Under the pieces are notes generated by a model, which did no database searches, had not been told where the DNA came from, and saw only the letters and a list, made by a program, of their open reading frames with translations. A program made the translations under genes and the position numbers. DNA of 64,000 nucleotides from a virus: positions 96,613 to 160,612 of the IMG/VR virus record IMGVR_UViG_3300035181_002074; one strand, given 5' to 3'. Positions 1 through 10,791 of the stretch are shown piece after piece. Within the stretch, counting starts at the first letter, position 1, and each line of letters opens with the position of its first letter.

Positions 1-684
1 GATCTATTTAATACCCATTTATTTCCAAGATTCTTACCAAATCTTTCTGAATCTCATCAGATGATCTTTTCTGGCTTAGATAAAGAAGATCCAGAAAAAG
101 AATCTACTCGTTTACAGCAAGATATGAATGTTCATTTAACATACAATGACATCCTTAAAAAAGTTGAAAAAGATATTTTGCCTGCGGCTTTTGGTGCAGA
201 TTTTCCTCTTAATCCACAATTCCAGCAAGTTGTTGAAAAGTACATGACTTTTGGTGAAATCCAAGAAAACTTTTTTGGTAAAAAAGGTGCAGCCCAAGAT
301 CCTAGAAATCAATGGTATGCTAATCCAATGTGGATGCAACAGCAACAAATGCTTGTCCAAAATGCACAGATTGCTATGCAAAATCAAATGCAAGCCCAAC
401 AAATGGTTGCCCAAGCCATGAATCCACAGCCACAACAAGATCCTAATGCCCCTCAACAAGAAGGTGACGGTGGGGAACCTACGCAGAAATCTGAAAAAGA
501 TTTTTATGGTGAAATATTCCAAAAGAATATGCAAAATATTCAAACTAATCATAACACGATCAGTAATATGATTCTAGCTAGACATTCTGCTATTACTAAA
601 AAGCATTCAGATGATTTCCAAAAGCAATCTAAAAAAGCTGCTGAAAAATTAACAGCCGGACTGATTAAAAAGAAGAAAAAATAA
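1..684 (+). CDS. Portal protein, C-terminal part (5'-truncated by the window)
   Basis: The frame is open from base 1 (DLFNTHLFPRF...FSGLDKED). It lies directly upstream of the MuF-like and protease genes and has a Q-rich tail with a QK|SE motif. Confidence 0.7.
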   Translation, partial: DLFNTHLFPRFLPNLSESHQMIFSGLDKEDPEKESTRLQQDMNVHLTYNDILKKVEKDILPAAFGADFPLNPQFQQVVEKYMTFGEIQENFFGKKGAAQDPRNQWYANPMWMQQQQMLVQNAQIAMQNQMQAQQMVAQAMNPQPQQDPNAPQQEGDGGEPTQKSEKDFYGEIFQKNMQNIQTNHNTISNMILARHSAITKKHSDDFQKQSKKAAEKLTAGLIKKKKK

Positions 685-702
685 TCTTATTCGGAGAATT
701 CA

Positions 703-1551
703 ATGAATCTATCTACCGATCAAGAAGAACTAATCAAAATAACCTTACAGGCTTTGTTTGAAACTATCAAAGCCAAGTTTCTTGGTAATTTTTACAAAGG
801 ACCATCGATTTATTTTGAATTAGCTACTAAGCAAAATCCACTAGATACCGTTGGTGGTATTTTTGAGTACGCATTGAGAGCAACCACGAAAAATCCCGTT
901 ATCGATCATGACCTCATTAGTAAGCTTGCGAATACATCAGAAAATTATATCGAAGCCGAAAAACAACGCACAATGGAACGGATTTTAACCGGCGCCGAAA
1001 CAGTTACAAATCCCGACGACCTGAAAGATCTTATTCAAACGTCTATTGATAAATCGAGCAAATATATTGACTTATTAATGGCAACGGAAACTCGCAATGT
1101 ACAAGCGTGGGGTGAAATGTCTGGAATTCAGCAGGTTGGTGCATCTTTGGGCGTAGATGATCCAACTATCGCTCGCTTAGGTGTATGGGATGATAAGATT
1201 TGCGATGCTTGCCTGAAATTATGGCACCAACCGGATAATCAAAAAATACCACGTGTATGGAAAATGTCAGAGCTTCAAAGTGGGTATAATACCGATCAAA
1301 AGAATCCCGTGCCAACCGTATCAAGTACGCACCCCCGGTGCAGACATATCCTGACAATTGTTCCACCCAGTTTTGGGTATGACGAAAACGGGCGAATTAA
1401 GTTTATTCGGTTCGGTTATGATATCTATGATGATCAAAAGGGTATTCATAAAAATGAACGATCTTTCCGTACAGGTGGTACGACTGACGATGTGGAAGAA
1501 TTTATTAATCTGCATCTAGCAGAAAGCTGTTGTAATCATTCAGGAACTTGA
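703..1551 (+). CDS. MuF/SPP1 gp7-like head morphogenesis protein
   Basis: CxxC (CDAC) ... HPRCRH signature; position between portal and protease. Confidence 0.75.
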   Translation: MNLSTDQEELIKITLQALFETIKAKFLGNFYKGPSIYFELATKQNPLDTVGGIFEYALRATTKNPVIDHDLISKLANTSENYIEAEKQRTMERILTGAETVTNPDDLKDLIQTSIDKSSKYIDLLMATETRNVQAWGEMSGIQQVGASLGVDDPTIARLGVWDDKICDACLKLWHQPDNQKIPRVWKMSELQSGYNTDQKNPVPTVSSTHPRCRHILTIVPPSFGYDENGRIKFIRFGYDIYDDQKGIHKNERSFRTGGTTDDVEEFINLHLAESCCNHSGT

Positions 1552-1563
1552 TTAAGCCTTAAG

Positions 1564-1573
1564 CCTAATATTT
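1564..1573 (+). promoter_or_regulatory. Putative late promoter CCTAATATTT
   Basis: Recurrent motif upstream of structural genes; this copy precedes the protease. Confidence 0.75.
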
Positions 1574-1607
1574 TAGGTAGTCACTGCAGGGTAAGGATTA
1601 ATTTACA

Positions 1608-3587
1608 ATGAAAATATACGGAATAGGCGCCAGTCAAGCCATTGATTCTTCAGGGGAAATCTTAATGATCGACGGTGTCGATCTATCCGATGTTCATGCT
1701 GGAAAAGCCTTCTTCAATTGGGAGCACAGTAACGATGGCGCCGATACCTGCGTCGGAAGCCTGACTTTTGCCAAAAAAATCTATTCTGAAAAAGACTGTG
1801 AAAATCCAAAACAATTAGAATGCTGGAATGAAACCCTTTTACCAATGATTTACATTGAAGGGGTTCTCTTTGATAAAGAAGGACATGTTGGGGCAATTTG
1901 CTTGGCCGCTATGTTTCGTTCATTTGTAGCCAGAAATCAAAAAATTGAAATCGGTTCTTCCATTGAAGGTTCTACCATGGAACGTGGAAAAGGCGAAGAG
2001 CACCATGTTCTTAAAAGAACTGTAGCCCGCCGTTGGGCAATTACCCTCAGACCGTGTAACAAGCAATGTTTCCTTAAGGTATTGGCAGACGATACTGCTG
2101 ATGTAATGAAATCGGAAATCGACTGGGATTCTATCAGTCATGATCGTGCCCCAAAACATGGATTCATCGAAATCGACGACCCAATCGAAGATATTTACCA
2201 CACTATTAATGAATTAAATAAAACCCTAACAGCTGGATCGTCTAATGTTGCACCAAGTCAAATGGTTGGCGGATCTGCACTTACCCGTGAAAATCTAGTA
2301 CCTAAAATGCAAAACGTTGGGATGCAAACTAGACTGAAAGCATCATTCAAGCGTTGGAATAAAAAGAAACCACTTAAGGAGCACCTTAAATCTGAGCTTG
2401 AAGATGTATCAGAGGAGTATATAGATAACTTCGCTAAACTCGCTGATGAACTCCATATTAAGAAATCTGAAGAATCAATGCATACTTGGCAACAAGTTTG
2501 GAATAATATGAAAGATTTCCATACTGGTTCAGTTAATGAAAAAGATGCACCCCATATGCACAAAGATGCGCAAAAATATGAGCATTATAAACTTAGAAAA
2601 ATCCCACTATCAAGTTTACATCATGGATCTGATACGCCCGATAAACCATTAGATCGCGAAGATGAAGCGCATGCACATCATTACGCTAAATTAGATACCC
2701 AAGCGCCACCAATCACTCTGCACCCAAAAGAAACTGGTTACCATATCGTAGATGGTCGTCATCGTGCTAGAGCTGCATACCTGAGAGGCGACAAAGATAT
2801 TCTAGCTTACGTTGGTACTCCTATTCAAGCATTCACTAAATCTGAATCCCCTATTCGTATAGACCAGTCAATTGGTAATGATCGCGCAAATGCAGACCAG
2901 AAAGCTTTAATTGCAGGTATAGTTGTGCCAGCCAATGGCGGACAAAATATTCAAGTCATGAATGATTACGGCCAATCATCCCATATCAAGCCTTCTGCCC
3001 TGACCGAATCAGGTGGAGAAACCGCTAAAAATGCTTCTGCATATTATGCTGCAGCAAAAGATTTTTTCGACTTGGGCGAGCATGTTCCAGTATCAGCCTA
3101 TTTTGCACACCAGACGGCACCACAAGAAGGGGCACCATTATTTCTAGCCACCGAGCATGTATCTGGTAAGCCATCGCTCATGGGTTCATTGTTTGAGGAT
3201 TCTATCGGTAAAGATAAAAATCTTATGCATAAAATTGCATTAATGGATACTATTTTGGGAAATTCACACAGAAACCATGGTAATATTATATTGGGAGATA
3301 CACCAAAGCTGATTGACAACGAACACGCTTTCGAATATAAACAAAAACCAGCGTTTCACATCAATCAATCCGGTGCCGACATTATTTCCGAAGATGTTCG
3401 TAATTGGTTAACTAGTAAGGATGCCAAGAAATTGGCTGGCTTGCTTGCATCACATAGAATCGGTATAGACCGTATTAAGAAAGCTATTTTTGCATTGAAG
3501 ACTGCACAAAAAATGAATCATCATCCGATAGGTACCATTTTAGAGAACGTCCACTTTGTGGAACCTTCTCCAGAGGTAGCACAGTAA
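1608..3587 (+). CDS. Prohead maturation protease fused to a capsid-arm copy, a ParB-like domain and a PI3/4-kinase/HipA-like pseudokinase
   Basis: N-terminal IYGIGAS..DSSGE, NWEH, SIEG, AITLRPCN (HK97/herpes-fold protease motifs). ParB-like PPITL..IVDGRHR..AA. Kinase-like DTILGNSHRNHGN..LIDNEHAF. Confidence 0.85.
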   Translation: MKIYGIGASQAIDSSGEILMIDGVDLSDVHAGKAFFNWEHSNDGADTCVGSLTFAKKIYSEKDCENPKQLECWNETLLPMIYIEGVLFDKEGHVGAICLAAMFRSFVARNQKIEIGSSIEGSTMERGKGEEHHVLKRTVARRWAITLRPCNKQCFLKVLADDTADVMKSEIDWDSISHDRAPKHGFIEIDDPIEDIYHTINELNKTLTAGSSNVAPSQMVGGSALTRENLVPKMQNVGMQTRLKASFKRWNKKKPLKEHLKSELEDVSEEYIDNFAKLADELHIKKSEESMHTWQQVWNNMKDFHTGSVNEKDAPHMHKDAQKYEHYKLRKIPLSSLHHGSDTPDKPLDREDEAHAHHYAKLDTQAPPITLHPKETGYHIVDGRHRARAAYLRGDKDILAYVGTPIQAFTKSESPIRIDQSIGNDRANADQKALIAGIVVPANGGQNIQVMNDYGQSSHIKPSALTESGGETAKNASAYYAAAKDFFDLGEHVPVSAYFAHQTAPQEGAPLFLATEHVSGKPSLMGSLFEDSIGKDKNLMHKIALMDTILGNSHRNHGNIILGDTPKLIDNEHAFEYKQKPAFHINQSGADIISEDVRNWLTSKDAKKLAGLLASHRIGIDRIKKAIFALKTAQKMNHHPIGTILENVHFVEPSPEVAQ

Positions 3588-4204
3588 TGAAAGTTTTAAG
3601 AGTTACTTCTGATTATGTTGACGTACCACTATTAGAAGTACGTACTGATGGTAATAAAATTGAAATTATCGTTGATAATAGTAATGGCAAGATCAGCAAG
3701 GAATTGGATGACACCCTAGCTTCTTTACATGATTATGTTAAACATTCATCCCATTTAAAACTAACTGAACCAGATGAGCCAGCCGCACATTTACTTCGTT
3801 ACGTTTTAGAGAATGGTGATGTTGCAGAAGTTACGACCGATGGTGCTACGTGTGTATTGAATAATAAACTTTTATCACGCCAAGAAAAAGCAGCCTTTTT
3901 TGATGCTTTATCATCTGGTCAAATTAAAGTTGCTCGCAAGGCTGATATTCAAACTCCAATTCCCGTGCCTGCTGGAACGAAAAGACAACCGCAACCAAAT
4001 GAGCCTAAAAAGGTTAAATTGGATATGCATATATTAGAGCAATACAATGATCAGCAGCGTGAAAAAAAGAAGAAGCAAGAAGATCAAGCTCTAAGAGGTG
4101 AGGCTGATTTTGGTGATGCGACGTTTGAAATACCGTCTACTGATATACCATTTGCTCAAAGTATTGCTCAAGTCATAGCGAAGGACAAGTATGCCAACAA
4201 ATAA
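3587..4204 (+). CDS. Hypothetical protein (head operon)
   Basis: 205-aa ORF, translationally coupled to the protease by a TAATG overlap. Confidence 0.7.
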   Translation: MKVLRVTSDYVDVPLLEVRTDGNKIEIIVDNSNGKISKELDDTLASLHDYVKHSSHLKLTEPDEPAAHLLRYVLENGDVAEVTTDGATCVLNNKLLSRQEKAAFFDALSSGQIKVARKADIQTPIPVPAGTKRQPQPNEPKKVKLDMHILEQYNDQQREKKKKQEDQALRGEADFGDATFEIPSTDIPFAQSIAQVIAKDKYANK

Positions 4205-7200
4205 TGATAACGTGCCTGATATTGACATACGTCAAGCTACTCCGCCAGCGATGGAACAGCCCCAAGCGATCAATGAAGAATTATCTCCAGAAACTGATGC
4301 GGAACCTACTTGGCAGCCGCATGGAGATCATTGGCGTAACTTATCAGACCAAGATGCTACTCCAGAATATTTAGATAGCGTAGCTCAACAGCATATTGCT
4401 AACCCTGATTTTATTGATAAGTACGACTCCGAAAAGCTAGCCGAACATCCAAATATCACGCCGGAGACCTTAAATAACTTATATAATCATTATTCACAAG
4501 ATCCTGATAAACATAAATATTTAGAGCAGCTGGCTGCTATTCATGGTAATCCAAATGCCCCAGCCGCTATACATAACACGACTTTAGATAACTGGCTAGC
4601 GCAACCTAATTCTGATACCGCATCTAATGCTTCTAATCCGATATTAAACGCTGCATTAAACCATCCCAACGTCCCGCAAGAAAAAGTTCATCAAGTACTG
4701 GATCGAGTAATTAGTGACCCTAAGAATAATAACCATCTTGATGCATCAAGAGCTGATCCAGCTTGGTTGCAAAATAAATATAACGAAGCTAAACAAGCAC
4801 ATGATGATAATTTTCATGAGCTTTCCGTTTCCGGTCGATTACGCGACTCTCAGAAAAAGATTAGCCATTATGGCAATGAATTGATCGATCACCCAAATCA
4901 TACGCCAGAATCATTAAGCGCACTCCATAATCAGATCACTACTCAAGGCAATGGCAGCGCTGCTGAACGATTACTGGAAAAACAGCCAAACTTATCGCAT
5001 AATCAAGTCGAAGATCTATATAATAAATTTAAACCAGAAGAAGGCAGCTGGTCTAATATTACCTCTAGAGCTTTTGGTCATAATAATATTGACCCAGCTT
5101 TTTTGGCGCACAAGGCGCTGACCGGTAACGATCAAGAAAAGGAAGAGGCTCTTCAGTCTGAAAAACTTCCGCATGAAACGCAAAAGAAGATTACGGAAGA
5201 TGCCATTGCTAGTGGTGATAGCAACACTCTAGCACAGCTATTAGAAAATAAATCCTTACCTTCCGAGTTAGTACATCAAATCTATAATAATAGTGCTAAT
5301 GAAGGTGACTATGCTCGCCGTAAGGCTTTTAATCATGGTAACTTTCCAGAGCATGAAGTGGAAAATGCGTGGAATTCATCAGATAAAAGTCGTGAAACTA
5401 CAAAACAGTTTTTGCAACGCGATGTGTTGCCAAAATCCGTTTTAGCTGATATCATTACTAAAGGTAAGCCCGTTGATGCAGCTAAAGCGGTTGGCCATAA
5501 AAGTACCGATAAAGATATTTTAGATATTGCCGCCAAACGTAAATCTAAAGATGTTAAAGCTGCTATTGCTAGGCATCCTTTAGCTGCCGAATCCAATGTT
5601 CAGGATTATATTAAATCTGGCCATGTTCCTGCTGATCAATATTGGGCAAAATTTGACAGCAAATTACCACCCGAAGATCAAGCAAAAATGCATCAGCATT
5701 ACTTTGATAAATTAATGACCGCTGCACCAAATAAAAAAACGGACGGGCTTGCCGGAAAATCCGCTATCAATTTGTACAATTCGCCTCATCTCACTGCTGA
5801 GCAAAAAAATAAAATTACGGAAAAAGCATTGCACGAGAGCGATTCATATAATTATGGTTATGATGATCGCAGAGCATTTCTGAAAGTTATAGGTCAGGCA
5901 GCCAATGATGGCAATGAAGAGGCCATTAAAAAAACATTTTCCGGTCGTGGTAGTATTGAGGCGTTACAATTAGAAAAAGCGCATAACCCAAAAGTGATCA
6001 GCACTGCACTAGATATAGCCATGGGTAGGGCAGAGGATGACCGATATAGTGATAATGACAGATCTGGAATCGCTTCTAAAATAATTGCAAATCCAAACTT
6101 AAGTGACGATCACGTGCATTCGTTACTATCTAACGAAGACTTAGATCTGACTGTCGCAGTGGCGGATGGCGCAATTTCCAAGCATTTAGAAACGAAGACT
6201 CCAGAGCAGCAACAACAGTTCTTGAATAATTTAGCTCAATCAGGAGATCATGGTAAAGCATTAGTGATTGCTAATCCATCCACACCGATTGAGATGAAAA
6301 ATCAGCATATTAATTCTCTCGATAGCGATCATATTGCTGCTTTAGCGTATACCATGGGTACTAGATTTGGCGAAATGGCCAAAGGTTTACCAGAAGATAC
6401 TAAATTAAAGCTGTATTCCATGCCAACCAGTAGTCGGACACCGATGTTTGATCGGATGAAAGAGGCTTTTTCACCGGAACAAACTCCGTTAAGCACTTTA
6501 CTTTCCAGCGTACCGTCAACTGATATGCGTCACATACTTAAGTATAGTATTTCCGATAAATATAAATTCACGGCAGATGCAGTTCCAGTAGTATTACAAA
6601 AAAGTCCAGAAGCTTTTGATACATATTTCGATAGAATGGTATCCCAGCATCCACATTATAGTGTCCGTCGAGATCATCCAGCTCATAATCATATGAAAGA
6701 TACCATTAATTCTATACTACCCCACTTAAATGAGGATAATGGTGTTCATGCCATCATTGGTATGATGACGTCTGAAGCTACTAGACATAGTTCAGAAAGC
6801 GCCAAAGGTGCCTTTAACTTTTTACTAGATCCAGCCCAAAGCCCATTTTTAGACCCAGCAGCTAGGGAAGAATTAATCCCAATGGCTTTGAAGCGTGATC
6901 TTTTCGATGACGAGACCAAGAAACAAATTTTTAGTGATCCAGCTTATCAAGCCACGTTAATTGCTAATGCTAGTACGCCACCAGCAGTGAAAGCTAATTT
7001 AATTCAAAGTAATCTAGCATCTGGGCAAGCTTCCGATGCAATCTGGAATGCTATTAAAACTGAACCGAGAGTATTTGGAAGTCTTGATCGTGATAGCGAT
7101 GAGCAGATGTTTAAAAGTATCATTAATGAGGGTGCTCGTCGTGCAGATCATGATACGGTTGCCAATACTTTTAAAGAGTTTTTAGATTCCAAATCTGCTA

Positions 7201-10200
7201 GTTCAATGGCTATTACATCAGCAATGCAAAACATCCAACGCAATCCAGCCATGGGTGAGCAAGAAAAGAATAAGTTAATTTTAGATTCCTATAATCAAAT
7301 GTCGAAAAGCAGAACAAACGCTACTTTTTTCAGGGATCGCGTAGCTCCGGCATTAGACGAAACAGTTGCGAATGCTATGATGGCAACAAATGACATGAGG
7401 TCATTGTTTAATATCGCAGCCGATAAAAATTCATCCGATATTTTCAAGGATACCATCAACAAGATCGCTGTTAATGCTGACTCTTTGAATGACGATCAGC
7501 TTGGAAGCATGCTTGATCAGATGCAGGATAATGCATCGCACTTAGCTAACTTAACTCCGAAAAATTTCATTAATGTTGTCAATGCTTCACTGCGTAAAGA
7601 TGATGTGACGGCAATCGCGGGTACTAATGCGTTATCATCTGGAATTAAATACTCCAAAGGGCGTAATTTACAGACGTTAAGTAAAGCTGGACTCCAACGA
7701 TTAGATGTGTTGTCGCAACAATTAGTTGTGCCACCAGCTGCCGACGATATAAACGGCCAAGAAATTTACAAGAATAAACAAACAGTTCACTCTGGACTTG
7801 CTCAGACGATCATGCAAACATCGACCGATCTTGATACGCAAGTGAAGGCTGGATTACAGATTCCTGATGATTACGAAGGTCGTGTAATTAGACTTAATAG
7901 TGATTTCTTGAATTCTGGTGATTTTTTAACCAAATTTTCTGGTAAAAAATGGGCTGGATTAGCAGCTGCCTCTTATTTTAATCAATTTGATCGGACGAAT
8001 CAATCTGCTGCGGCAGATTTTCTCGTCAAAAACTATTTGCCGTTTAAAGAAGACTCTGGCGAACACGTCGGAATGATTTTATCATCATTTAGTGGAAGCG
8101 CACAGAATATAGACCCAGAATTCGTACATAAATTATTTGATTCCCAGAATTTTGATCAGCAACTTAATGCAATGAATAGAATGATCAATCATGGTCAAAA
8201 ATACGGCTTTCAAAACCTGCCGATAGAGCATATCATCGATAAGTTTCATTCTAATGTAGAACAATTAGTGAATGGGATAGATGCAACTACTGGAGCTAAA
8301 TACGATGCGACCCATCCAGAATACCATAATAAGATAGCATCAGCAATCAAGGCGTTAATACCTGCTAGCGTGTACGGCGGATATAATAATGAGCAATCCG
8401 CAGAAAAAAGACAAGAAGCAATTGCTAAGTCATCAGCCCTTGCTAATAAAGTCCTGAGTAATCCAAACACTCCGATAGATGTAAAACAGTCAATAGCAAA
8501 TTCGGCGCATGCTATCTTTGACATGCATGACGGTATATCAAAAATACCGGAAGAATCATTGAACGACCTGATTGCAAATATTGTTGATCATACGACTGTA
8601 ACAACAAACTTGTCGGATATGATTCGGACTCCAAAAGTAAGCGCATCTAATACTGAAAAAATCCTAACGAAATCTCCAGAACAAGCACGTTTCATGACAG
8701 ATAACCCGCAAATGACGCCGGAAAGAATGTCATTAATTGGTAAACACGTGTTACCTAATTTATCTGAATTTGGACATCACCATATATCTGAAATGTCGAA
8801 TGAAATTCTCACACATGCGCAAACTGCGGGTACAATTGATCTTGCTATACCTTTAGTGGGTGACATGATTTCCCAGTCAGGTGCTGGCGGGAATAATTTA
8901 AAATACGTGATCAAGGATCTATCCCCTCTGAGTGATGATCATACCCAAACTCTGATTCGTAAGTACGGATTTGATGCCGAGCAAATGTTGATGGCTGGTC
9001 ACGGTGGTCAAAAAACCTATGATGATTATGTAATTTCAGGTTCCACTCCAAGTAATGTACATGCATTTATTCAACATCCATTGTTTGATGATCGTGGCGT
9101 TGATCTGGTGATGAATAACGGCAGGAATGTAACTGATAATATCGCTCGGATCGTAAAAGCAGGAACCAAGGTATCAGAAGCGAAGTTTAATCAATTAACT
9201 AAAGAGCATTCAGATGTGTTCGAAAAGAATCCTAACCTATTAACTTCGTCACCGTATGTAACGTATGAGAAATTAAATGAGCTGCATAAGAAAATTGCAC
9301 CAACTTTTGATAAATTTATCCGACCGGGTGAGGCGTTCCCACCAACTTATACTAATATTAAATACGGTTCAAAAGTATTCCGTGAAAATTATCCACAAGA
9401 ATTGCCACGCGGAATGACTACCTTATCTAATGGTGATATTTTAAAGTCACATTCAGCAAGGCCAGAAGCCGACAGGCTCCAGAAAGCAATGCAAGTTATT
9501 CCACCGGAAGGAATAGCTTGGGCTCAATTTAAAAAACTACATAAACAAATGGAAAACTGGCCAGAGGTTAAGGCATTATTTATGTCTAAGAATAATAAGC
9601 CGGTTATGCCGGAAGATGTAGCAAATGAAATCGCCAAAAAACCGGAACAGCAATTTCATATCAGCTATTCCACATGGGATGGTGGCCAAAGACATTCGCA
9701 GGCTAATAACTTAGTTGTTCAAGTAAATACAGGAGAATTTTTCGATAAAGAGCTAGGTCAAGACCAAAAGTTATGGCAATTCTATCAAATGATTCAACAA
9801 TCTGCTAATGGTGCTGCCGGTGGACATGCAGGCAGTCATCCAGTAACTCCTCATACGATTGGATGGGTTCGCATTGATGTTTCAAGTCCAGAAAGTTTTA
9901 TCGTAGAGGAATTCCAATCTGATTTCAATCAAAAATTGAAAAAGAAGGTTCGTGATTCATTAGGAAGCCGAGATTCTTTCGAATATGGCGGAGAAAGGTA
10001 TACCGCAAAAGAAGCTGAGCAGTACGTGGATAAGATATCAGAATTGTTTAAGCATTTTAATCCCATCTCTTATGATATCGTAGAGAAACTGGCAAGACAG
10101 CAAGGCATCAAACAGATTTATATACATGGACAAGGTGTTCGCCGTTATTTATCTGGAGTAAACGAAGATCAACATATCGCAGCATTCGATGAGGCGTATA

Positions 10201-10319
10201 CCAAATTGCCGAAACAGAACGGTTATTCTGAATGCAATTACGAAGATTACCCGAATCACAGCAACAGAACATCAAGTGCTATTAAGAATCATCAATGCTG
10301 GGTTAAAAAGCTCAGCTAA
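4191..10319 (+). CDS. Giant helical-repeat protein (2042 aa) with a C-terminal globular domain; probable internal virion/polyvalent-type protein
   Basis: Repeated HPNxxxExL/NPxxP units (LRV/HEAT-like); C-terminal GWVRI...IVEEFQSD motif. Confidence 0.6.
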   Translation: MPTNNDNVPDIDIRQATPPAMEQPQAINEELSPETDAEPTWQPHGDHWRNLSDQDATPEYLDSVAQQHIANPDFIDKYDSEKLAEHPNITPETLNNLYNHYSQDPDKHKYLEQLAAIHGNPNAPAAIHNTTLDNWLAQPNSDTASNASNPILNAALNHPNVPQEKVHQVLDRVISDPKNNNHLDASRADPAWLQNKYNEAKQAHDDNFHELSVSGRLRDSQKKISHYGNELIDHPNHTPESLSALHNQITTQGNGSAAERLLEKQPNLSHNQVEDLYNKFKPEEGSWSNITSRAFGHNNIDPAFLAHKALTGNDQEKEEALQSEKLPHETQKKITEDAIASGDSNTLAQLLENKSLPSELVHQIYNNSANEGDYARRKAFNHGNFPEHEVENAWNSSDKSRETTKQFLQRDVLPKSVLADIITKGKPVDAAKAVGHKSTDKDILDIAAKRKSKDVKAAIARHPLAAESNVQDYIKSGHVPADQYWAKFDSKLPPEDQAKMHQHYFDKLMTAAPNKKTDGLAGKSAINLYNSPHLTAEQKNKITEKALHESDSYNYGYDDRRAFLKVIGQAANDGNEEAIKKTFSGRGSIEALQLEKAHNPKVISTALDIAMGRAEDDRYSDNDRSGIASKIIANPNLSDDHVHSLLSNEDLDLTVAVADGAISKHLETKTPEQQQQFLNNLAQSGDHGKALVIANPSTPIEMKNQHINSLDSDHIAALAYTMGTRFGEMAKGLPEDTKLKLYSMPTSSRTPMFDRMKEAFSPEQTPLSTLLSSVPSTDMRHILKYSISDKYKFTADAVPVVLQKSPEAFDTYFDRMVSQHPHYSVRRDHPAHNHMKDTINSILPHLNEDNGVHAIIGMMTSEATRHSSESAKGAFNFLLDPAQSPFLDPAAREELIPMALKRDLFDDETKKQIFSDPAYQATLIANASTPPAVKANLIQSNLASGQASDAIWNAIKTEPRVFGSLDRDSDEQMFKSIINEGARRADHDTVANTFKEFLDSKSASSMAITSAMQNIQRNPAMGEQEKNKLILDSYNQMSKSRTNATFFRDRVAPALDETVANAMMATNDMRSLFNIAADKNSSDIFKDTINKIAVNADSLNDDQLGSMLDQMQDNASHLANLTPKNFINVVNASLRKDDVTAIAGTNALSSGIKYSKGRNLQTLSKAGLQRLDVLSQQLVVPPAADDINGQEIYKNKQTVHSGLAQTIMQTSTDLDTQVKAGLQIPDDYEGRVIRLNSDFLNSGDFLTKFSGKKWAGLAAASYFNQFDRTNQSAAADFLVKNYLPFKEDSGEHVGMILSSFSGSAQNIDPEFVHKLFDSQNFDQQLNAMNRMINHGQKYGFQNLPIEHIIDKFHSNVEQLVNGIDATTGAKYDATHPEYHNKIASAIKALIPASVYGGYNNEQSAEKRQEAIAKSSALANKVLSNPNTPIDVKQSIANSAHAIFDMHDGISKIPEESLNDLIANIVDHTTVTTNLSDMIRTPKVSASNTEKILTKSPEQARFMTDNPQMTPERMSLIGKHVLPNLSEFGHHHISEMSNEILTHAQTAGTIDLAIPLVGDMISQSGAGGNNLKYVIKDLSPLSDDHTQTLIRKYGFDAEQMLMAGHGGQKTYDDYVISGSTPSNVHAFIQHPLFDDRGVDLVMNNGRNVTDNIARIVKAGTKVSEAKFNQLTKEHSDVFEKNPNLLTSSPYVTYEKLNELHKKIAPTFDKFIRPGEAFPPTYTNIKYGSKVFRENYPQELPRGMTTLSNGDILKSHSARPEADRLQKAMQVIPPEGIAWAQFKKLHKQMENWPEVKALFMSKNNKPVMPEDVANEIAKKPEQQFHISYSTWDGGQRHSQANNLVVQVNTGEFFDKELGQDQKLWQFYQMIQQSANGAAGGHAGSHPVTPHTIGWVRIDVSSPESFIVEEFQSDFNQKLKKKVRDSLGSRDSFEYGGERYTAKEAEQYVDKISELFKHFNPISYDIVEKLARQQGIKQIYIHGQGVRRYLSGVNEDQHIAAFDEAYTKLPKQNGYSECNYEDYPNHSNRTSSAIKNHQCWVKKLS

Positions 10320-10529
10320 TATTCAAACATTCCACGTTTTTCACCCAAATGTATCTGAGTGTACTCATGGTAAATCGTTAATGTTTTCCCGTCAATAATA
10401 ACTTCATGAAGCGGTGGCATAAGTATATGTAACGCTTCAGGCACTTTAATGCCAAGCCGAGCACTCTGTTCATATTCTTTGAATACCATGGTATGCAAAA
10501 ATACTAACAAGGTATTTTGCAATTTAGTA

Positions 10530-10790
10530 TTATTTGGTGGCAGCATTTTGAGTAAACAGCATATAACCACGCTTGAATCTTTGCTCACCAGCATCATCTA
10601 CCAAAGTAGTCTCTACTTGAGCCAGCACGTATGGAGTATTGTTACGTTCAAGGCGGCTTTCGACTTCTTCTATGTCTCCCATGGACATTGGTTCAGTATA
10701 AGCATCTATTTCTCGGATGAAAATCTTTTGATTTAAAAGATCATGTGAATCTTCGATAATTTTTACATTTTTGTATTGTTGTGCTGCCAT
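10530..10790 (-). CDS. Hypothetical protein
   Basis: 86-aa ORF directly downstream of the DUF6011 gene. Confidence 0.6.
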   Translation of the reverse strand: MAAQQYKNVKIIEDSHDLLNQKIFIREIDAYTEPMSMGDIEEVESRLERNNTPYVLAQVETTLVDDAGEQRFKRGYMLFTQNAATK

Positions 10791-10791
10791 A

